A stretch of DNA of 64,000 nt from the NCBI RefSeq assembly GCF_018350175.1, contig NC_058368.1, positions 143,780,001 through 143,844,000 of the forward strand, written 5' to 3'. The translations under genes and the position numbers were made by a program. Source of the stretch: Felis catus (Eukaryota). The notes under the pieces are model-generated. The model saw only the letters and a list, made by a program, of their open reading frames with translations. It was not told the origin of the DNA and made no database searches. How positions within the stretch are numbered: position 1 is the stretch's first letter; each line of letters begins with the position of its first letter. Shown one piece after another: positions 50,106 through 63,963 of the stretch.

Positions 50106-52323
50106 AGTTCACACACACACACACACACACACACACGATGTGGACTGCCCTGCAATACAGTTTTCCAAATTATTTTTCATTTACTAACACACCCGAACAC
50201 ATTCAATGAAATACTTCCATTTTTTAAAAATTTTTTTTAACGTTTTATTTATTTTTGAGACAGGGAGAGACAGAGCATGAACAGGGGAGGGTCAGAGAGA
50301 GGGAGACACAGAATCTGAAACAGGCTCCAGGCTCTGAGCTGTCAGCACAGAGCCCGACGCGGGGCTTGAACTCACGGACCGCAAGATCGTGACCTGAGCC
50401 TAAGTCGGCCGCTTAACCGACTGAGCCACCCAGGCGCCCCTCAATGAAATACTTTCAACAGCATTGATTTATTAGTTACTTATCATTTCTAAGATGCCAC
50501 AAGCAAAATGTGGCCTCAGGGTCAAGACAAAAGCCCTCTCTGCTAAGACCTCAGAAAGACTTAAAGGAGTGATTTCCAGATCCTCAAGGCTAGACAAAAG
50601 GGCGCCTGCAAGATTAAGGGTATTGTCACACAGCACTCTGACCTGCAGTCCGAAGTAGCGGATGTGTATCTGGAAAAGATTGGCAGAGATGGTTTCTATC
50701 TGACCTAGTGAATCCCTTAAGATTCACAGAGATCACAATGTTTTTAAGAGAACTGAACAAAAGCACCACCAGCTTAAGCTACAAGACAAGAACCATTCAA
50801 CCTAAAGCCACCGACTCCCAAATCATTATGGGCAGGACTCAGGATGAGCAAACTAGTTGGCTAGAAATCAGGCCTTATGGAAAAGAGAGGATGATCCAGA
50901 AGATGGTTTCTTGGCTGTGATTCTGTGAGTTGGAGACTGGGAGCTAAGAAAAGTTATCTGTCTCTTCTGATCTTACGTACGATGTCAACAGGAACAAGAT
51001 AACTATAATAGACAATCCCTTTCAAACCGTGGAGATGAGTATTTGGATATGTGAAATCTCAATAAGGTAATTTAGTTAATACCGTCAAGTGCATCTGATA
51101 GGCCACGTAAGATAAGGACATTGGAGTCAGCCACACAGAGGTTACCAATGACCCGAAAAAGCAGTTTCAGGGAAAAGGTGTGTGTAAAGCCTTGTTGCAA
51201 AGGGTTCAATTCAAGTGAAAGGAAGAAACAATGGCAACAGTAGAAGCAGAGATTTTGGATATTCCTGAATTCCCACATAAAAAGAGGAATTAGCGCAACC
51301 AAAAACACACGGACAACATTTGCAACACGAGGCAGTGAACCCCAAAGTGCAAATGGGCCAGAAGACCTGAACGGTATCAGCTTCTATGTGGGAAGAAGCA
51401 GATGTGGGGAGGAAATGAAGCAAATGACAAATTCACAGAGACAGTAGAATAGTGCTGTCCAGCGGCTGGTGGGAAATTGCTGTTTCATGGGTGTAGAGCT
51501 TCACTTTGCAGGATGAGAAGAGTTCTGGAGATTTGCTGCACAACAGTACAGATGTCCTCAACACTACTGACTGTATACTTTGGAATGGTTAAGATGGTCA
51601 ATTTTATATTATGTGATATGCACAATTTTAAAACTCAGGAAACTAACCTCACATTTAAAAAAGGAGTAGAGGGGCGTCTGGGTGGCTCAGTCGGTTGAGA
51701 GTCCGACTTCGGCTCAGGTCATGATCTCAAGGTTCATGAGTTTGAGCCCCATGTCAGGCTCTGTACTGACAGCTCAGGGCCTGGAGCCTGCTTTGGGTTC
51801 TGTGTCTCCCTCTCTCTCTGCTCCTCCCCTGCTCACACTCTCTCTCAAAAATAAATGAAGATTTAAAAAAAAATTTTTTTTAAAAGACTAGAAGAACCAA
51901 CTTTGGCTCAGGTCACAATCCCACACTTGGTGGGTTCGAGCCCCACATTGGGCTCTCTGCTGTCAGCGCAGAGCCTGCTTCAGATCCTCTGTCTCTTTCT
52001 CTCTCTGCCCACCCCCACCCATACTCTCTCTCAAAAATAAACACTTAAAAAAAAAGGAAAAAATTTAAAAACTTACATAAGTGAAACACTATCCTAGATC
52101 AGAAGACTTACTCTAATTCTCATATTTAAGAAAGTATAACACCAGCCCAAGAATGAGAAAAAGAAAGCAAGACCACAGAAGTTTTCAGGGGTGAAGGAAA
52201 CAAAAAACTTGGGTTTTTGTGTTTATTTTCGTTCTCAAGAATTGGAACAGACTCTACGAAGCTTGAGAGAAAGCTGATTAACACTTCAACACTTTGGAAA
52301 ACACCACCTAGAAGACTTCAGTT

Positions 52324-52385
52324 ACACACACACACACACACACACACACAAAACAACAACATAGTTCTGCATTTTAAGTTTTATT
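52324..52385 (-). terminator. Distal polyadenylation signal with GU-rich downstream element
   Basis: Minus-strand AATAAA at 52385-52380, followed about 20 nt later by TGTTGTTGTTTTGTGTGTG... ((CA)n on the plus strand). Confidence 0.75.
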
Positions 52386-55300
52386 AAAGTACAGAGTTAA
52401 CAAGTTTTGAGTTTTCTACCTAGGAAAAGACTGGTCAACTTCAGATGCTTCATAGAAAAATTAGCATTCAAAAAACAAATACAAACCCACAGTTGCCTTT
52501 GTGTCTAGAGGGTAGAAAATAACTTCTTAAAAAGTTACCAAAACTATAACCATATCCAAGACTATTATAAATTTCAAACAGTAAATTTACCACACATTAT
52601 ACATTTCAAATTCTAATATAGCAAAACATAACCAATAATTTGGCTACAGCTAATTATTTCACAAAAGTTTAAAAAATTAACAAAGTTATGATTATAAAAC
52701 TTTCGTAGAATTTTTTTTGCAAAGTAAAAAAAGAACTTAAATCTTTAATATAGGAAAGCAAAATAATCCTCTTAAATTTCTCATAAATAACTCTCAAGAC
52801 ATATATTACACATCTGTTGCAAGCTTTCTTTACCTGAGAGAACTTCCCAGGATCCTTCACCCAGAGGATTACCTTAAAGAATGCTTCATCATTTTACTCA
52901 CATAAATATGATCAAACCCCTACAGAAGTAGATTTGGACATAGGCATTTTTAATGTATCCTTACCCAATTAATTTTTTCTGAAGGAATTTTGCCTAAAAA
53001 CAAACAAACAAAAAACCCTCTTTGGTAAAAGCCAAATATTTCCTCCTTTCAAAACGAACGCCTCTGCGAATGATCTACTGGTGAAGAAAATTTTAAAAAG
53101 AGAAAGATCTTTAGAATGACCAGCATTAGTCTGAAGGATCTGTGTGAACAGCTCTCTAGTCCTGTAAGGTAGGTCCAACAGGTCCAACATACCTCTGCCT
53201 GAAATGCAACACTAGATTAAAGTGTCTGAGGCTTTATAAGCATCCTAAAGATGGTGGGACACATGGTGGCCACCTTAAGAACAAAGCAGAGGGAACTCGT
53301 TCTATCAGAATATCCTGATAGAACTGGATATGAGCAGAATTCTATGAGCAGACTGGCTACTGCACTGTCCTTAAGGAGGACCCAGCGTTCTCTCTCTGAA
53401 CATGTAGGGCCTTAGCCCAAATCACCTTCATTTCCAAGAGGAGTAGAATACAAATGTATGCCAAAACGAAATGCTATTTAGAAAGGCAGTCAGAGGAGGA
53501 AAAAGCCAAGGCAGCTTAAACACAGGCTCTCGAATTCCCTTTGCAGGGTAACATGAAGCACCAGCACCAATGGTGGTAAACTTCTGGCTAAAATTAAATA
53601 AGTACATAATCTTAAATAGAGAGAGGGGGACAATATGGGGGTGGAAGTGGGATTAGCACTGCATGAAGGTCATCCAGAACAAAGGCTCCTCTGAGGAACT
53701 GGAAATAAACAATGAGGTGTGGGGGTGCAATGGGAGGCGGTTCCCCAAATCTCCAGTAACCCCACCCTCCAACAGCTCACATGCACACAGTCCATCTATT
53801 CACAAAAGAGCCCCAAGTATCTCTGATGAACAATTCTTTCAAGCCATTTCCAAGAAACCAAGAGGACAAAAGCAAAACCAACTAACCAGTATTAAAAAAC
53901 TCAACCCAGTCTGGATGAAGTCGGGTTGCCAAAAGCCTGGGACAGAAACATCTCTGGCCTTCAGTGAGGTGACACATCTAGGTACACAGCAACATTCCCA
54001 GAAGACTCCCTTCCCCCACTTAGTGTTTTTACTCATGAAAACGAGAAGGGAAAAAATCTCCACATGGAAGGAATAGCACAGGGGAAACACACACATAGTT
54101 TTTTTAAAAAACTTCTTCCACTTTCATCACTAAAGGAGTCTGACCAGCAGCTACAGGGAATGTACTTTTTTAAATCACGTACAAAAATTGTAGGAAGCAA
54201 AATTATATTAATAAAAGATCAGTGAATTTCTCAAATGAACACCATGACAGCAACTCAAAGCAATTGGCACAACTTTTCCAGTTTCTTAAATCACGGTAGC
54301 ATAAAAATGTAGGTTCTTTAAACCCACAAACGTTGACTCATCACCTGAGTATTGTTTATTACAATTAATAATCATTAAAGTCAACTTATTTGTATGCCCT
54401 CAATCCTTAGAGTATATCCACATCGCGTGCACCATTCAGATAAACTTGCTTAAATACCCAGCTGAGCATAAAAATCAGTGGCTGCAACCGTTCCTCTCGC
54501 GTCAGACTAAACTTCAAGAACTTTGGGCCACAAACCAAGTTTTAAGCAGCTGGCAACCATGGGATTGGCTGGGCCAGCTAAAGAAGGAAGCTCTGAGGGC
54601 TCGGCCACTGGCAGTGGATGTCCTTTTCCTTTGTGTTTCCCTGAGCTTCTTTCTGCAGGGGAAGTCGGCCAATGAAGGACAGCCAAGTAACAGCAGCCTT
54701 GTCAGAGGGACTGTGAGCTGCCGAGGACCAGTTCTAAAGTCACACAGCTGGCTGCTCAAGCCAGCTAGACCCTACCAGGAAGAAACCCACATTGAAACTG
54801 GCATCCCAGCTCTTGAGTTCCCAAAGCCAACCTCAGCTTACCCAGAGCCCCATGGCACTACGGCACTGTGGCAGCTTCTCCCGGGGGGCTGTCACACATA
54901 CCCACAGCCCTCTCCCTCGATCTGTCCCCGACCCACAGAAGTCCCAGTCCCACCGGCTTAATAGGGGCTGCACACAGCAGCTATCCATTTTGTGACTCCA
55001 GAGGACCTGTCAACTGCCAAGCTCCAAGAGATTCTGGCCTAAAAAAATCAAATGGATAAAGTTTATAAAACAAGGCCCTCACACACAAACGAGTGCCTTT
55101 AAAAATGGAACCTTAAACATTATAAACAAGGCAAGAGTCTACAGGAATTCATCCACTGAATTTGTTTCCCCTCTGATTTTCCTGGGAGGAGGGCAAAGGA
55201 GTAGAAATGAAGAATTTGACTAATTCCCCACACCAGCACTTTGGCACACTGGGACCCAATTCTGCCCAACTCGTACAGTAGGGCACACAAAATACAGGCC

Positions 55301-56789
55301 GAGTCTCTCCATTTTCAGACCCTCTATGGCCAGGGAGCTCGAGAGGACTCTTTCCACCCTGTGTGAGACACTAACAGAAGCACCCCCACCGTGTTTCCAC
55401 TGGGGTCTCTAACGGCCTTTCCACTGAGAAAACTCTTCCGTGACTGAGGAGAGCAACACTGAACATGGAAATCTTCTTGGGCAGCTGCATAAAGTCACAT
55501 CTCCTAGGAGTGTTCCAAGTATGTATTTTTGGAACTCTCCATGGACGTTGTTTATGGCTTAATTAAATACCCCTCCCCACGCCCCACCCCTCACCATTTC
55601 TTCTAGGTATATTTGGCCATTTCTACAACTTGTATAATAGGCTTTTATCTGGTCAGCCCAGTTGGAGGGGCTGCCTGGGATCCTTACCTCAGCAAATCTA
55701 CTCTAAAAAACCACAGTGGATATTAATGCCATGGTCACATCACAGATCCTGGAAACAAAAGCCCTTTTGCTGTTAGGATTTCAAAGGCCTCAAGGTGGAA
55801 GACAAACTGGTTGACTTTCATAAATGAAAGAGGGGTACAGCAGGCTTCAGTCAAGAAGCAACTTTTCAGGTAAGGTCCTAGAATATTATTACTATTAATA
55901 AGTACAAACATGTGAGAACTATAAGAACTATAGCCCTCCATTGTTCAAGCGAAGAAAACAACCCGAATACTGTTCTATAATCATGTGAAAAACACCACAA
56001 ATGGGAGTCACAATTATTGCAGTAACTCAGATCAGGTAGTAAGAATACAATGGGGACCACATGGTAGTGATGGCAAAATTGTGCTTTTTCACATTATTAA
56101 GCAAAGATACTCAGCCCAGAAAGAAGAGGGGACCTCTGGGAAGGGCAAGGGCAGAGAGTGAAGCTGTGATTCCCAGCATCACAGTTTCAAAGGGAAACGC
56201 TGGGGGGCCAGGAGGAAACAGCACAAGGGTGGAGTTGCAAGCAGGTGCTTCCTCTTGGACCTTATAAATACCAAGTAGCTGTGAGCAAGGGGCCTGCAGG
56301 CTGAGTTCTGTCTGCAGAGCCCACTGGGGACGAGACTCCGAGCTGAGGTGCGTGAGAGGGGTCTGCATTCTATCAGGGGCTGAGGGCTCAAGATTTTGGC
56401 ATGTTTTTCTATTCCAAGGATAAGAATGACAGGCCACACAAAGGAAGTTGTATCCCTGTGATAAGATGTCGTGCCCCAAACCCTATTTTGGTAAAAACAT
56501 ACAGAAGCAAAATACTAGCCTATTCCAGTTTTTAGGGTTATGACACACACAAAATACGTGATCACTCGGGATCAGCCTGGCTGAAAATCTCAGTTCTTTT
56601 GGGATAAACTGGTAATTTCTTTTTGATTTTCAGAATTAAAAAGCTAATCAGGTGATTTTTTTTCTGAAGGCCTTTTCAGACCCACTTCAACCAGCCTGAA
56701 GATGCTAGCTTTTCACAAAGCACCAGTCACTACTCAGACCCTTGTTCAAAGGATGTCACTTCCAGCCTGCAGGCCTGGTCAGATGCCCC
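52362..56789 (-). other. SERINC5: Probable SERINC5 long 3' UTR (~4.4 kb)
   Basis: Unique, SINE-free sequence running from the stop codon to a canonical poly(A) signal. The 3' end is inferred. Confidence 0.75.
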
Positions 56790-56937
56790 TCACACGGAGA
56801 ACTGCCGAGAGGGGCAACAGAGGGGAGCAACCAGGGTCCCCAGGTATAACAGGACACACATCCAGCAGGAGGCCATCTTGACCCAGAAGATGGACCAGCT
56901 TCCGCTGAAGAAGGTTTCGATGTTGGCACTTTCATAG
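56790..56937 (-). CDS. SERINC5: SERINC5 terminal coding exon (last TM helix and stop)
   Basis: tttccacag|C TAT GAA... encodes [48 protein letters not shown] with TGA at 56792-56790. This is the SERINC5 C-terminus. Confidence 0.97.
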
Positions 56938-57059
56938 CTGTGGAAACAAGAGACCCAGCTGTGGTCAGAGCAGGAACAGAATGGGGGGGGGGGGGGGTAG
57001 GTATCTTCCAGCAGGTGTCTCCCCGATTCCATCCCCTCCAGTCTTTCTGTTTTTTTGTT

Positions 57060-57570
57060 TTATTTTCCTAACAGCTCAATTCAGATACAACTTACACCAT
57101 TTCTCCACCTACTTTCTATCTTTATGTATCTGCCTACTCGGGACATTTCACAGAGATGGAATCATGTGGCCTCTTGGTTTTCACCAAGCACACTGTTTTC
57201 AAGGTTTAACCATGTATTCCTTTTTATGGCTGAGTAATATTCCATTGCACGCATATGGCACATTTTGTTCATCCATTCATTGGCCAATAGGCATTTGGGT
57301 GGTTTCTCCTTTTCCCCAGTATAAATGAGGCTGCTATAAACACGTAGGTCAAAGTTTTTGTGTGGATGTACTTTTTTTTCCCTATTGGGTAGATACTTAG
57401 GATTAGAACTGTCTGTCAGATTGTGTCATAACTCTATGTTTAACATCTCGAAGACCTGCCAAACTGTTTTCCAAAGTGGCAGCACCATTTTACAATCCTA
57501 CCAGGAGTATAAGAGCTTCCAATTTTTCCCACATTCTCAACATCTGTTCCTTTCTGCCTTATTGATTAAA
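57060..57570 (-). mobile_element. Old L1 3' fragment in the last SERINC5 intron
   Basis: TTCCTTTTTATGGCTGAGTAATATTCCATTG...CTGCCAAACTGTTTTCCAAAGTGGC...ACCATTTTACA. Confidence 0.8.
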
Positions 57571-58152
57571 GCTCTCTCCTTTAAGCTTTCCACACCAAAC
57601 CTTTCTAGGGATTATCAAAGCATTAGAAGCATTAGGGACATATTAGAAGCTCCCTCCTCTCATCTCCCTCAAGATGTTCTGGAAAAATCTCCCCAGTGAA
57701 GCATTCTGCTATCTCCACCATCCCCAAACTTCACCTGTTACTCCTCATTTCTCTTCCTCAGTTTTCTCCCTTATAGTTATTAGCACTACCTAGCACACTG
57801 TATTTGATTTGGATCATGGTCTGTGTCATCCATTCAATTATAAGCCCTGCCATTTGTAACAGCATGGCACATGGGAGCCACTCACACAGTTGCTGAAAGA
57901 ATGGATAAAAGAAAGCACAATGAGCCTAAATGTCTGTCCCATGTTTATTCTGAGTTATAACAAATTATTATCCAACAAAAACTTTGGATCAGTGAAAAGT
58001 GATTAAAAAAGAATTAAAAAGAACTTCCATGCAGTGATAGGGAAAGTCAGACCCATCACGTACTGTTAGCTTTAAAAACAAAATGAAACAAAAAAAATCT
58101 CAAGGGGAAACATGTATAATCATACTTATATTTAAAAAAATGACACAGGCTT

Positions 58153-58622
58153 GAGGCACCTGGGTGGCTCAGCCAGTTAAGCATTTGACTCTCGATCTCG
58201 GCTTAGGTCATGATGTCACATTTATGAGATCGAGCCCCACGTCGGGCTCTGCATGGAGAGTGTGGAGCCTGCTGGAGATTCTCTCTTTCCCTCTCTCTCT
58301 GCCCCTTCCCAGCTTGTGGGCTCTCTCCCTCTCAACACTTAAAAATGATCAAACAGGGGCGCCTGGGTGGCTCAGTCGGTTAAGCGTCCGACTTCAGCTC
58401 AGGTCAAGATCTCGCAGTCCGTGAGTTCAAGCCCCGCGTCGGGCTCTGGGCTGATGGCTCAGAGCCTGGAGCCTGCTTCCGATTCTGTGTCTCCCTCTCT
58501 CTCTGACCCTCCCCTGTTCATGCTCTGTCTCTCTCTGTCTCAAAAATAAATAAACTTAAAAAAAAAAATTTAAAAAAAAATTATCAAACATTTAAAGACA
58601 TAATAAATAAATAAATAAATAA

Positions 58623-58654
<32 letters not shown>

Positions 58655-59952
58655 AAATTTCAAGGTGACACAGGCTTGTAAATGCATGGAAAAGGAGTGA
58701 AAGAGTATGCACCATGTTAGCAGTAGTCGTGGGGCATAGCGGGGGGTCAGGGAGAGGACACTGTCACTTCCCATGCTTCTATGTCAGTCTTTTTAAAGAA
58801 GATGTTTAAAACTTTCATAATAAAAGTGTAAAATTTAAAAAGACAAAATACAAAGTAGAAAAAACAGGTATTTTCTCTTTCTTAAAAGCAGATGACTGAG
58901 GCACCGGGGTGGCTCAGTTGGTTAGGCGGCCGACTTTGGCTCAGGTCATGATCTCATGGTTCATGACTTTGAGCCCCGCATCGGGTTCTGTGCTGACAGC
59001 TTGGAGCATGGAGCCTGCTTCGGACTCCCCCTGTGACTCCCCCTCTCTCTCTGTCCCTTCCCTAGCTCATGTTCTGTCTCTGTCTCTCAAAAAATAAATA
59101 AATGTTAAAAAAAAAAAAAATCAGATGACTGCTGAGGTGCCTGTCTGGCTCAGTCAGAAGAGCCGTGACTCTTGATCTTGGGGTTTTTTTGTTTGTTTTT
59201 TTTTTAATTTTTTTTTCAACGTTTTATTTATTTTTTGGGACAGAGAGAGACAGAGCATGAACGGGGGAGGGGCAGAGAGAGAGGGAGACACAGAATCGGA
59301 AACAGGATCCAGGCTCTGAGCCATCAGCCCAGAGCCCGACGTGGGGCTCGAACTCCCGGATCGCGAGATCGTGACCTGGCTGAAGTCGGACGCCTAACCG
59401 ACTGCGCCACCCAGGCACCCCGATCTTGGGGTTTTAAGTGCAAGCTTCACGTTGGGCGTAGAGATGACTTAAATAAATTAAAACTTAAAAAAAAAAAAAA
59501 AAAAGCAGATGACTGCTTAAGAATTCCAAGTTCTGGGGCACCTAGGTGGCTCAGTCAGTTAAGCATCGACTTTAGCTCAGGTCATGATCCCATGGTTCAT
59601 GGGTTCAAGCCCTGCATCAGGCTCTGTGCTGACAGCTCAGAGCCTGGAGCCTGCTTCAGATTCTGTGTCTCCCTCTCCCTCTGCCCTTCCCCTGTTCATG
59701 CTCTGTCTCTCTCTTTCTCTCAAAAATAAACACTTAAAAATTTTTAAAAACACAGAAATAGAATTCCAAGTTCTTCCTCCATTACTATTACTGTGTTCCT
59801 CAAGACTGCCCATATGCGGTTAACATTTCCTTCTCTTTCTTTTTTTTTAAGGTTTAATTTTTAAGTAATCCCCACACCCAACATGGGGCTTGCATTTACA
59901 ACCCTGAGATCAAGAGTTACATGCTCCACTGACTGAGCCAGCCAAGTGCCCC
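58153..59952. mobile_element. Cluster of about seven SINEs in the last SERINC5 intron
   Basis: Plus-strand heads at ~58153, 58356, 58898, 59135 and 59535. Minus-strand copies at 59188-59421 and ~59840-59952. Confidence 0.92.
58604..58653. repeat. (TAAA)n(TAGA)n compound microsatellite
   Basis: Directly visible tetranucleotide arrays in a SINE tail. Confidence 0.9.
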
Positions 59953-60205
59953 AACCTTTTATTTTCTTAAAGCTGCAAGGAGCATCGTCAATTCCAAGGG
60001 TTAATTAAGAGCATAACCACAGACTGTTGAGACCCCAGCACTGTTTCTGTGTAGGTGAGCACAGCAGGACTTGGAGAAGAGTTAAGCCAACTGTAGGAGA
60101 TCAGGTCTGTGACTCAGTGGGCCTCAGCACTTAAAGAGTAAGACTTCACTTGGTTTTCTAAAGATCATCCCTTCTAAACGGTCTAAGACAAGGGGTCACA
60201 CTCAC

Positions 60206-60350
60206 TTGAACCAGCTGGTGACCGTCATCATCACATAGAGGGAAGCCAAAAAGAACACGAAGTGGAAATAGGAATAGCTATAGACGGTGCCTCTCTTCTC
60301 ATCATAAATGACCCGTGGTCCCTCCTTCACGTTCTGCTGCTCTTCAGTGT
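60206..60350 (-). CDS. SERINC5: SERINC5 penultimate coding exon (145 bp)
   Basis: ttcacag|ACACTGAAG...TGGTTCAA|gtgagt encodes DTEEQQNVKEGPRVIYDEKRGTVYSYSYFHFVFFLASLYVMMTVTSWF(N), including the SERINC-family YSxFHxxFxLASLYxMMT motif. Confidence 0.97.
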
Positions 60351-60962
60351 CTGTGAACGACAGAGCGAGTGCAAGCTCATAGAGTGAACACATGCACGCC
60401 TGCCACTTCAGCAAAGCCACACTCACTAACTTCAATCCCAGGGGCTCTTGAGTAGGGAAGATGTCGAAAGCCATCTTTACCCACATCTACACCCTAAGCA
60501 CAACCCCCGCCCCAACTCTAGAACCGTCCTCCACAGGATGAGTTACCTAACATCACATTCACTTGAACAGAGCAGAAGAGAGCCCTTCCAAATGTGAACT
60601 TATGATAAGCTCAGATTACAGTGAGGGAGCACACCAGGGGTTCTCAAGCCCCTGGGATGCTCCGATCCAAATGTTCATTCCTTTGAAAAATGTACTTCCT
60701 CCTTCTCTAAGTCTCTCTGTATAATTTAACTTACATGTGAACCAAAACATAAACTGATTTCTGCCTGCTAGAATACGAACACAAATAAAACCTAGTAACC
60801 AGGAATATGGAAAGTATATCAACAGTAAACCAGCTTTGGAGTAAGAATCTCCTCTTACCATTCAAGTAATTTTGCTTGAATCCCAAATATCTACACCTAC
60901 AGCCTAGTGCCACAGGTCCGCAGCACCACAAGGCTGAAAGGAAGAGGAAGTTCTCTACTCAC

Positions 60963-61002
60963 CCTCTCCGTCAGGGCCGAAGCAAAAACAACAGCGAGCC
61001 AC
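60963..61002 (-). CDS. SERINC5: SERINC5 40-bp coding exon
   Basis: ttcttccag|GTGGCTCGCTGTTGTTTTTGCTTCGGCCCTGACGGAGAGG|gtgagt encodes VARCCFCFGPDGE(D). Phases join correctly to both neighbouring exons. Confidence 0.95.
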
Positions 61003-61374
61003 CTGGAAGAACAAACCCAACAGAGTCAGGTGGCTTGCATCCCACTTTTCTACCTCCACATCAGTAAAGTACTAATGGCCATCTGTGTGACGTGCCAAGC
61101 CTTCCCGTGGGAACTGTATCCCAGGCTCTGAACTGCGCACATTCTTTCCCTTCCAAAGGATTTGATTAAGCATCTGTTCTTCCCAAGTGCTCTTGTGCTG
61201 GTGATAGGAAACACAACACACATGGGTTGAGCCACGCACACCCCCTCAAAGGTGTTCACTTAGTGATTGCTCAGCTACTTAGAATGCTGTGAGCATCCTC
61301 TGGATGGCAGCTCCCAGGCTTTGGCTCAGCCACAGAGCATTACTCTGCCCTACAGCAAGCTTTTTTGCTACATT

Positions 61375-61630
61375 AAATGACTGCACATGGCAGGGGTGTA
61401 AAGGCGCAGCCATTGACCCTTGGGTACAGCTCTGATGGGTCCTATCTGCTCTGGAGCACCAAAACAGTCAACAGTGGCTTTGTCCGGCCTCCGGTGCCCT
61501 TCGACTTCACCCTCTGCCCAATTCTGCTTCCTTCCTCTTCCTTCCTTCCACATGTGTTGATCACTAACAGACACACTGCACATCAACTCTGCCTTGGCAG
61601 CTGCTTCTGGAAAACTCAACCTGAATCACA
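61375..61630 (+). mobile_element. LTR16-like ERVL LTR relic in a SERINC5 intron
   Basis: TTCACCCTCTGCCCAATTCTGCTTCCTTCC...CTGCTTCTGGAAAACTCAACCTG. Confidence 0.5.
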
Positions 61631-63963
61631 AGGTGAATGAGACAGATTCTCACTCTCCTGGAGCTCACTCCTGGTGATGATTTGCTCTCCTTGCTAGGAT
61701 TATTATCCCGTTTGCAGGTAAGGAAACTGAGGTCAGGCAGGGTGAATAACTGGCCTGAAGTTACAAAACTAGTTTAGTCACAGAGCTGGGATATAAATGC
61801 AGGATGGGAAATCCAAGGCCCGCAATTCACAAAAGGCAACAGGTAGCATGTGAAATGTAGGAGACGGTGGAGCTGGCAGAATCAGAAATGGTTAAGGCTA
61901 TGAGGTCTGGAAGCAGGAGGCCCACCTCCATTTCCTATGAAATCAGGCTGCTCAACTGTCTGCCTCTATGGAGACAGGGGAGCCAGGGACCGGGATGGAT
62001 GGGATGCTTTCCTTTGAAGACTCTTTGGCACCTTTTAAACGTGGTACCATGTTCATGACCTACTCAAAACAAGAAACTAGTAAAAAAAATTGGATTATGA
62101 AAAATTACTACATGATTGCAGAAGGACTCTGGTAAACGGGGTAAAAAACATTACATGTACCAAGACAAGGTGGGAAATGCTGGGTCTTTCGCACTTCCTG
62201 GCTGACCATGTTTTTACTAGAAAGGACAGAGAGCCAGGGATAAGGACATAGGTGCTTGAGCCTTTGTCTCTTTTATATACTTCAAGGCCAAGCCCCTGTT
62301 TCCCTACGACATCAGGGAAACTTCTAATAAAGGGATTGGCCTTGACAGAATCTTGGATCAAGTTACACAGTCTAATCATTCAGTGGGCTCAAGACACGGT
62401 GCCCTGGGGTCCTAGTTCTTCTGAAGCTTCATTTAGCATAAGAAACTACCATCTCTCTCTTTCAAAGGTGTATCCTGTGAAACGGGATAGAAGGAGAGCA
62501 AACCAACTTCCATTTTGCACGTTCTTCGGTTCAGAAGGAAACACTGGGACACTTTCCTTAGAATGAGAAGGAAAACATCCTCTTAAAGCTAACTTAGAGA
62601 CTTGCTGTTCTTTGAGCTTACGCTCTACACAATCGGGACATTGAAGCCACAGCGGCACAACCGCAGCAGGTGGTCACCCAGCCAGTGGTGAGAACAAACG
62701 CCTGCCTTCTAGAGACCATTCTTTTCTGTGTAATAAGCAGTAACCTATTCAGACTCAGCACAGATTCCTCCTTTTTCAAGTGACAGAGAGAGCTGCTGAA
62801 TGCTGCTGGCAGACTGACAACCCTTCATAATGTTCACTATCTCCAGGTCAGGTGCAGGAAAGACCCTCCCCAGAGACCCAGCTGCACAGAAGAGTGCCCG
62901 TATCTGGAGAGACACCAGGGCTCTTCTATCCGGAGAAAGCTATCAGGATACTGTCTGGGGCCCGTGTCAGGCAGGGCTGGCAGCAGGGCCAGGAGCCAGG
63001 AGCCAAGCTCTTGGGCAGCGGCATTCAGGAACACAGACTTTGGAGCCAGAGCGCACGGTTTACATGCCAGCCAATCAAAAGTTTAAATAACTTCTGCTTT
63101 TTCCCCTCTGTAAAACAGAGATCAAACCCTTACTGGGTTTTTATGAGGATTAAATGAAATCACAAATGTAGTGCTTAGAATAGTGCCTGGCATATAGCAA
63201 GTGCTGTAAGTCTCAGCCATCATTGGAACCTCCTGTTCCATTCCTGGGCTCAGGGTTGAGTCTTTTCCTGGCTGCCTCCATGCGATTAGAACTTTCCTGA
63301 CCTTAGTGGATGTTCCAGAGGGCCCCAGCAAAAGACTTTTGCACAAATAAGGAAATAACAGGCATTCTGCTGACTGATAGGCATCTGTTCACCACCCTGA
63401 TTCTCTGGACACCTACTGTTCACAATTCTTTACGCGGTGAAGGAAAGGACACAGTTAAATAAGCTCATGCACCGACACTGCTCAGCAGTGTGGCATGGAG
63501 CAGATGCTGGTTCCTTCCCTTCTCCGTCTTTTTCTCCTTCTTCAAACAGCTATTACATATAACCTCATGGTCATGCTATATACGGAGGACAAAGACAGGT
63601 ATGTAACAGAGGAATGCACTAGAAGTTAAAACAAAACAAAACAAAACAAAATTCACACACATTCCATTATGACAGAGGAAAAGAGCAGAGAGCAGACGGA
63701 CCAAGCTGCCCAGGCCTCTGGTGGAGGTGGGCAGCAAGGCCCAGCAGAGGCTAATTTCGTTGGAGGAAAAGCAAAGGTACATTTGAATCCCCATAGTATC
63801 TACAAGGCATTGTTTTTTCTGTACAAAAATATGGTATTCTTCTTCGAGGAGAAAAATGGGATCGTGAAAGGCCAATCAATAAAGATGCAAAAACACGTAA
63901 AGAGCCTTCCTGGAAAATAGGTCTTCTGAGATGAAGCAGAACAAGGGGAGGAAATGAACTTAC

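Noticed and set aside
53663..55059. 137-aa and 171-aa ORFs antisense to the SERINC5 3' UTR
   Set aside because: No homology recognised, and the longer one lacks an ATG start. Consistent with chance.
1654..59952. tRNA genes and recurring MAQSVK... ORFs
   Set aside because: These are SINE heads with A/B boxes and SINE-derived reading frames, not functional tRNAs or proteins.
60351..60486. N-terminal part of the 94-aa ORF preceding the SERINC5 exon
   Set aside because: Intronic read-through. The acceptor is at 60352-60351 and joins in phase to the upstream 40-bp exon.
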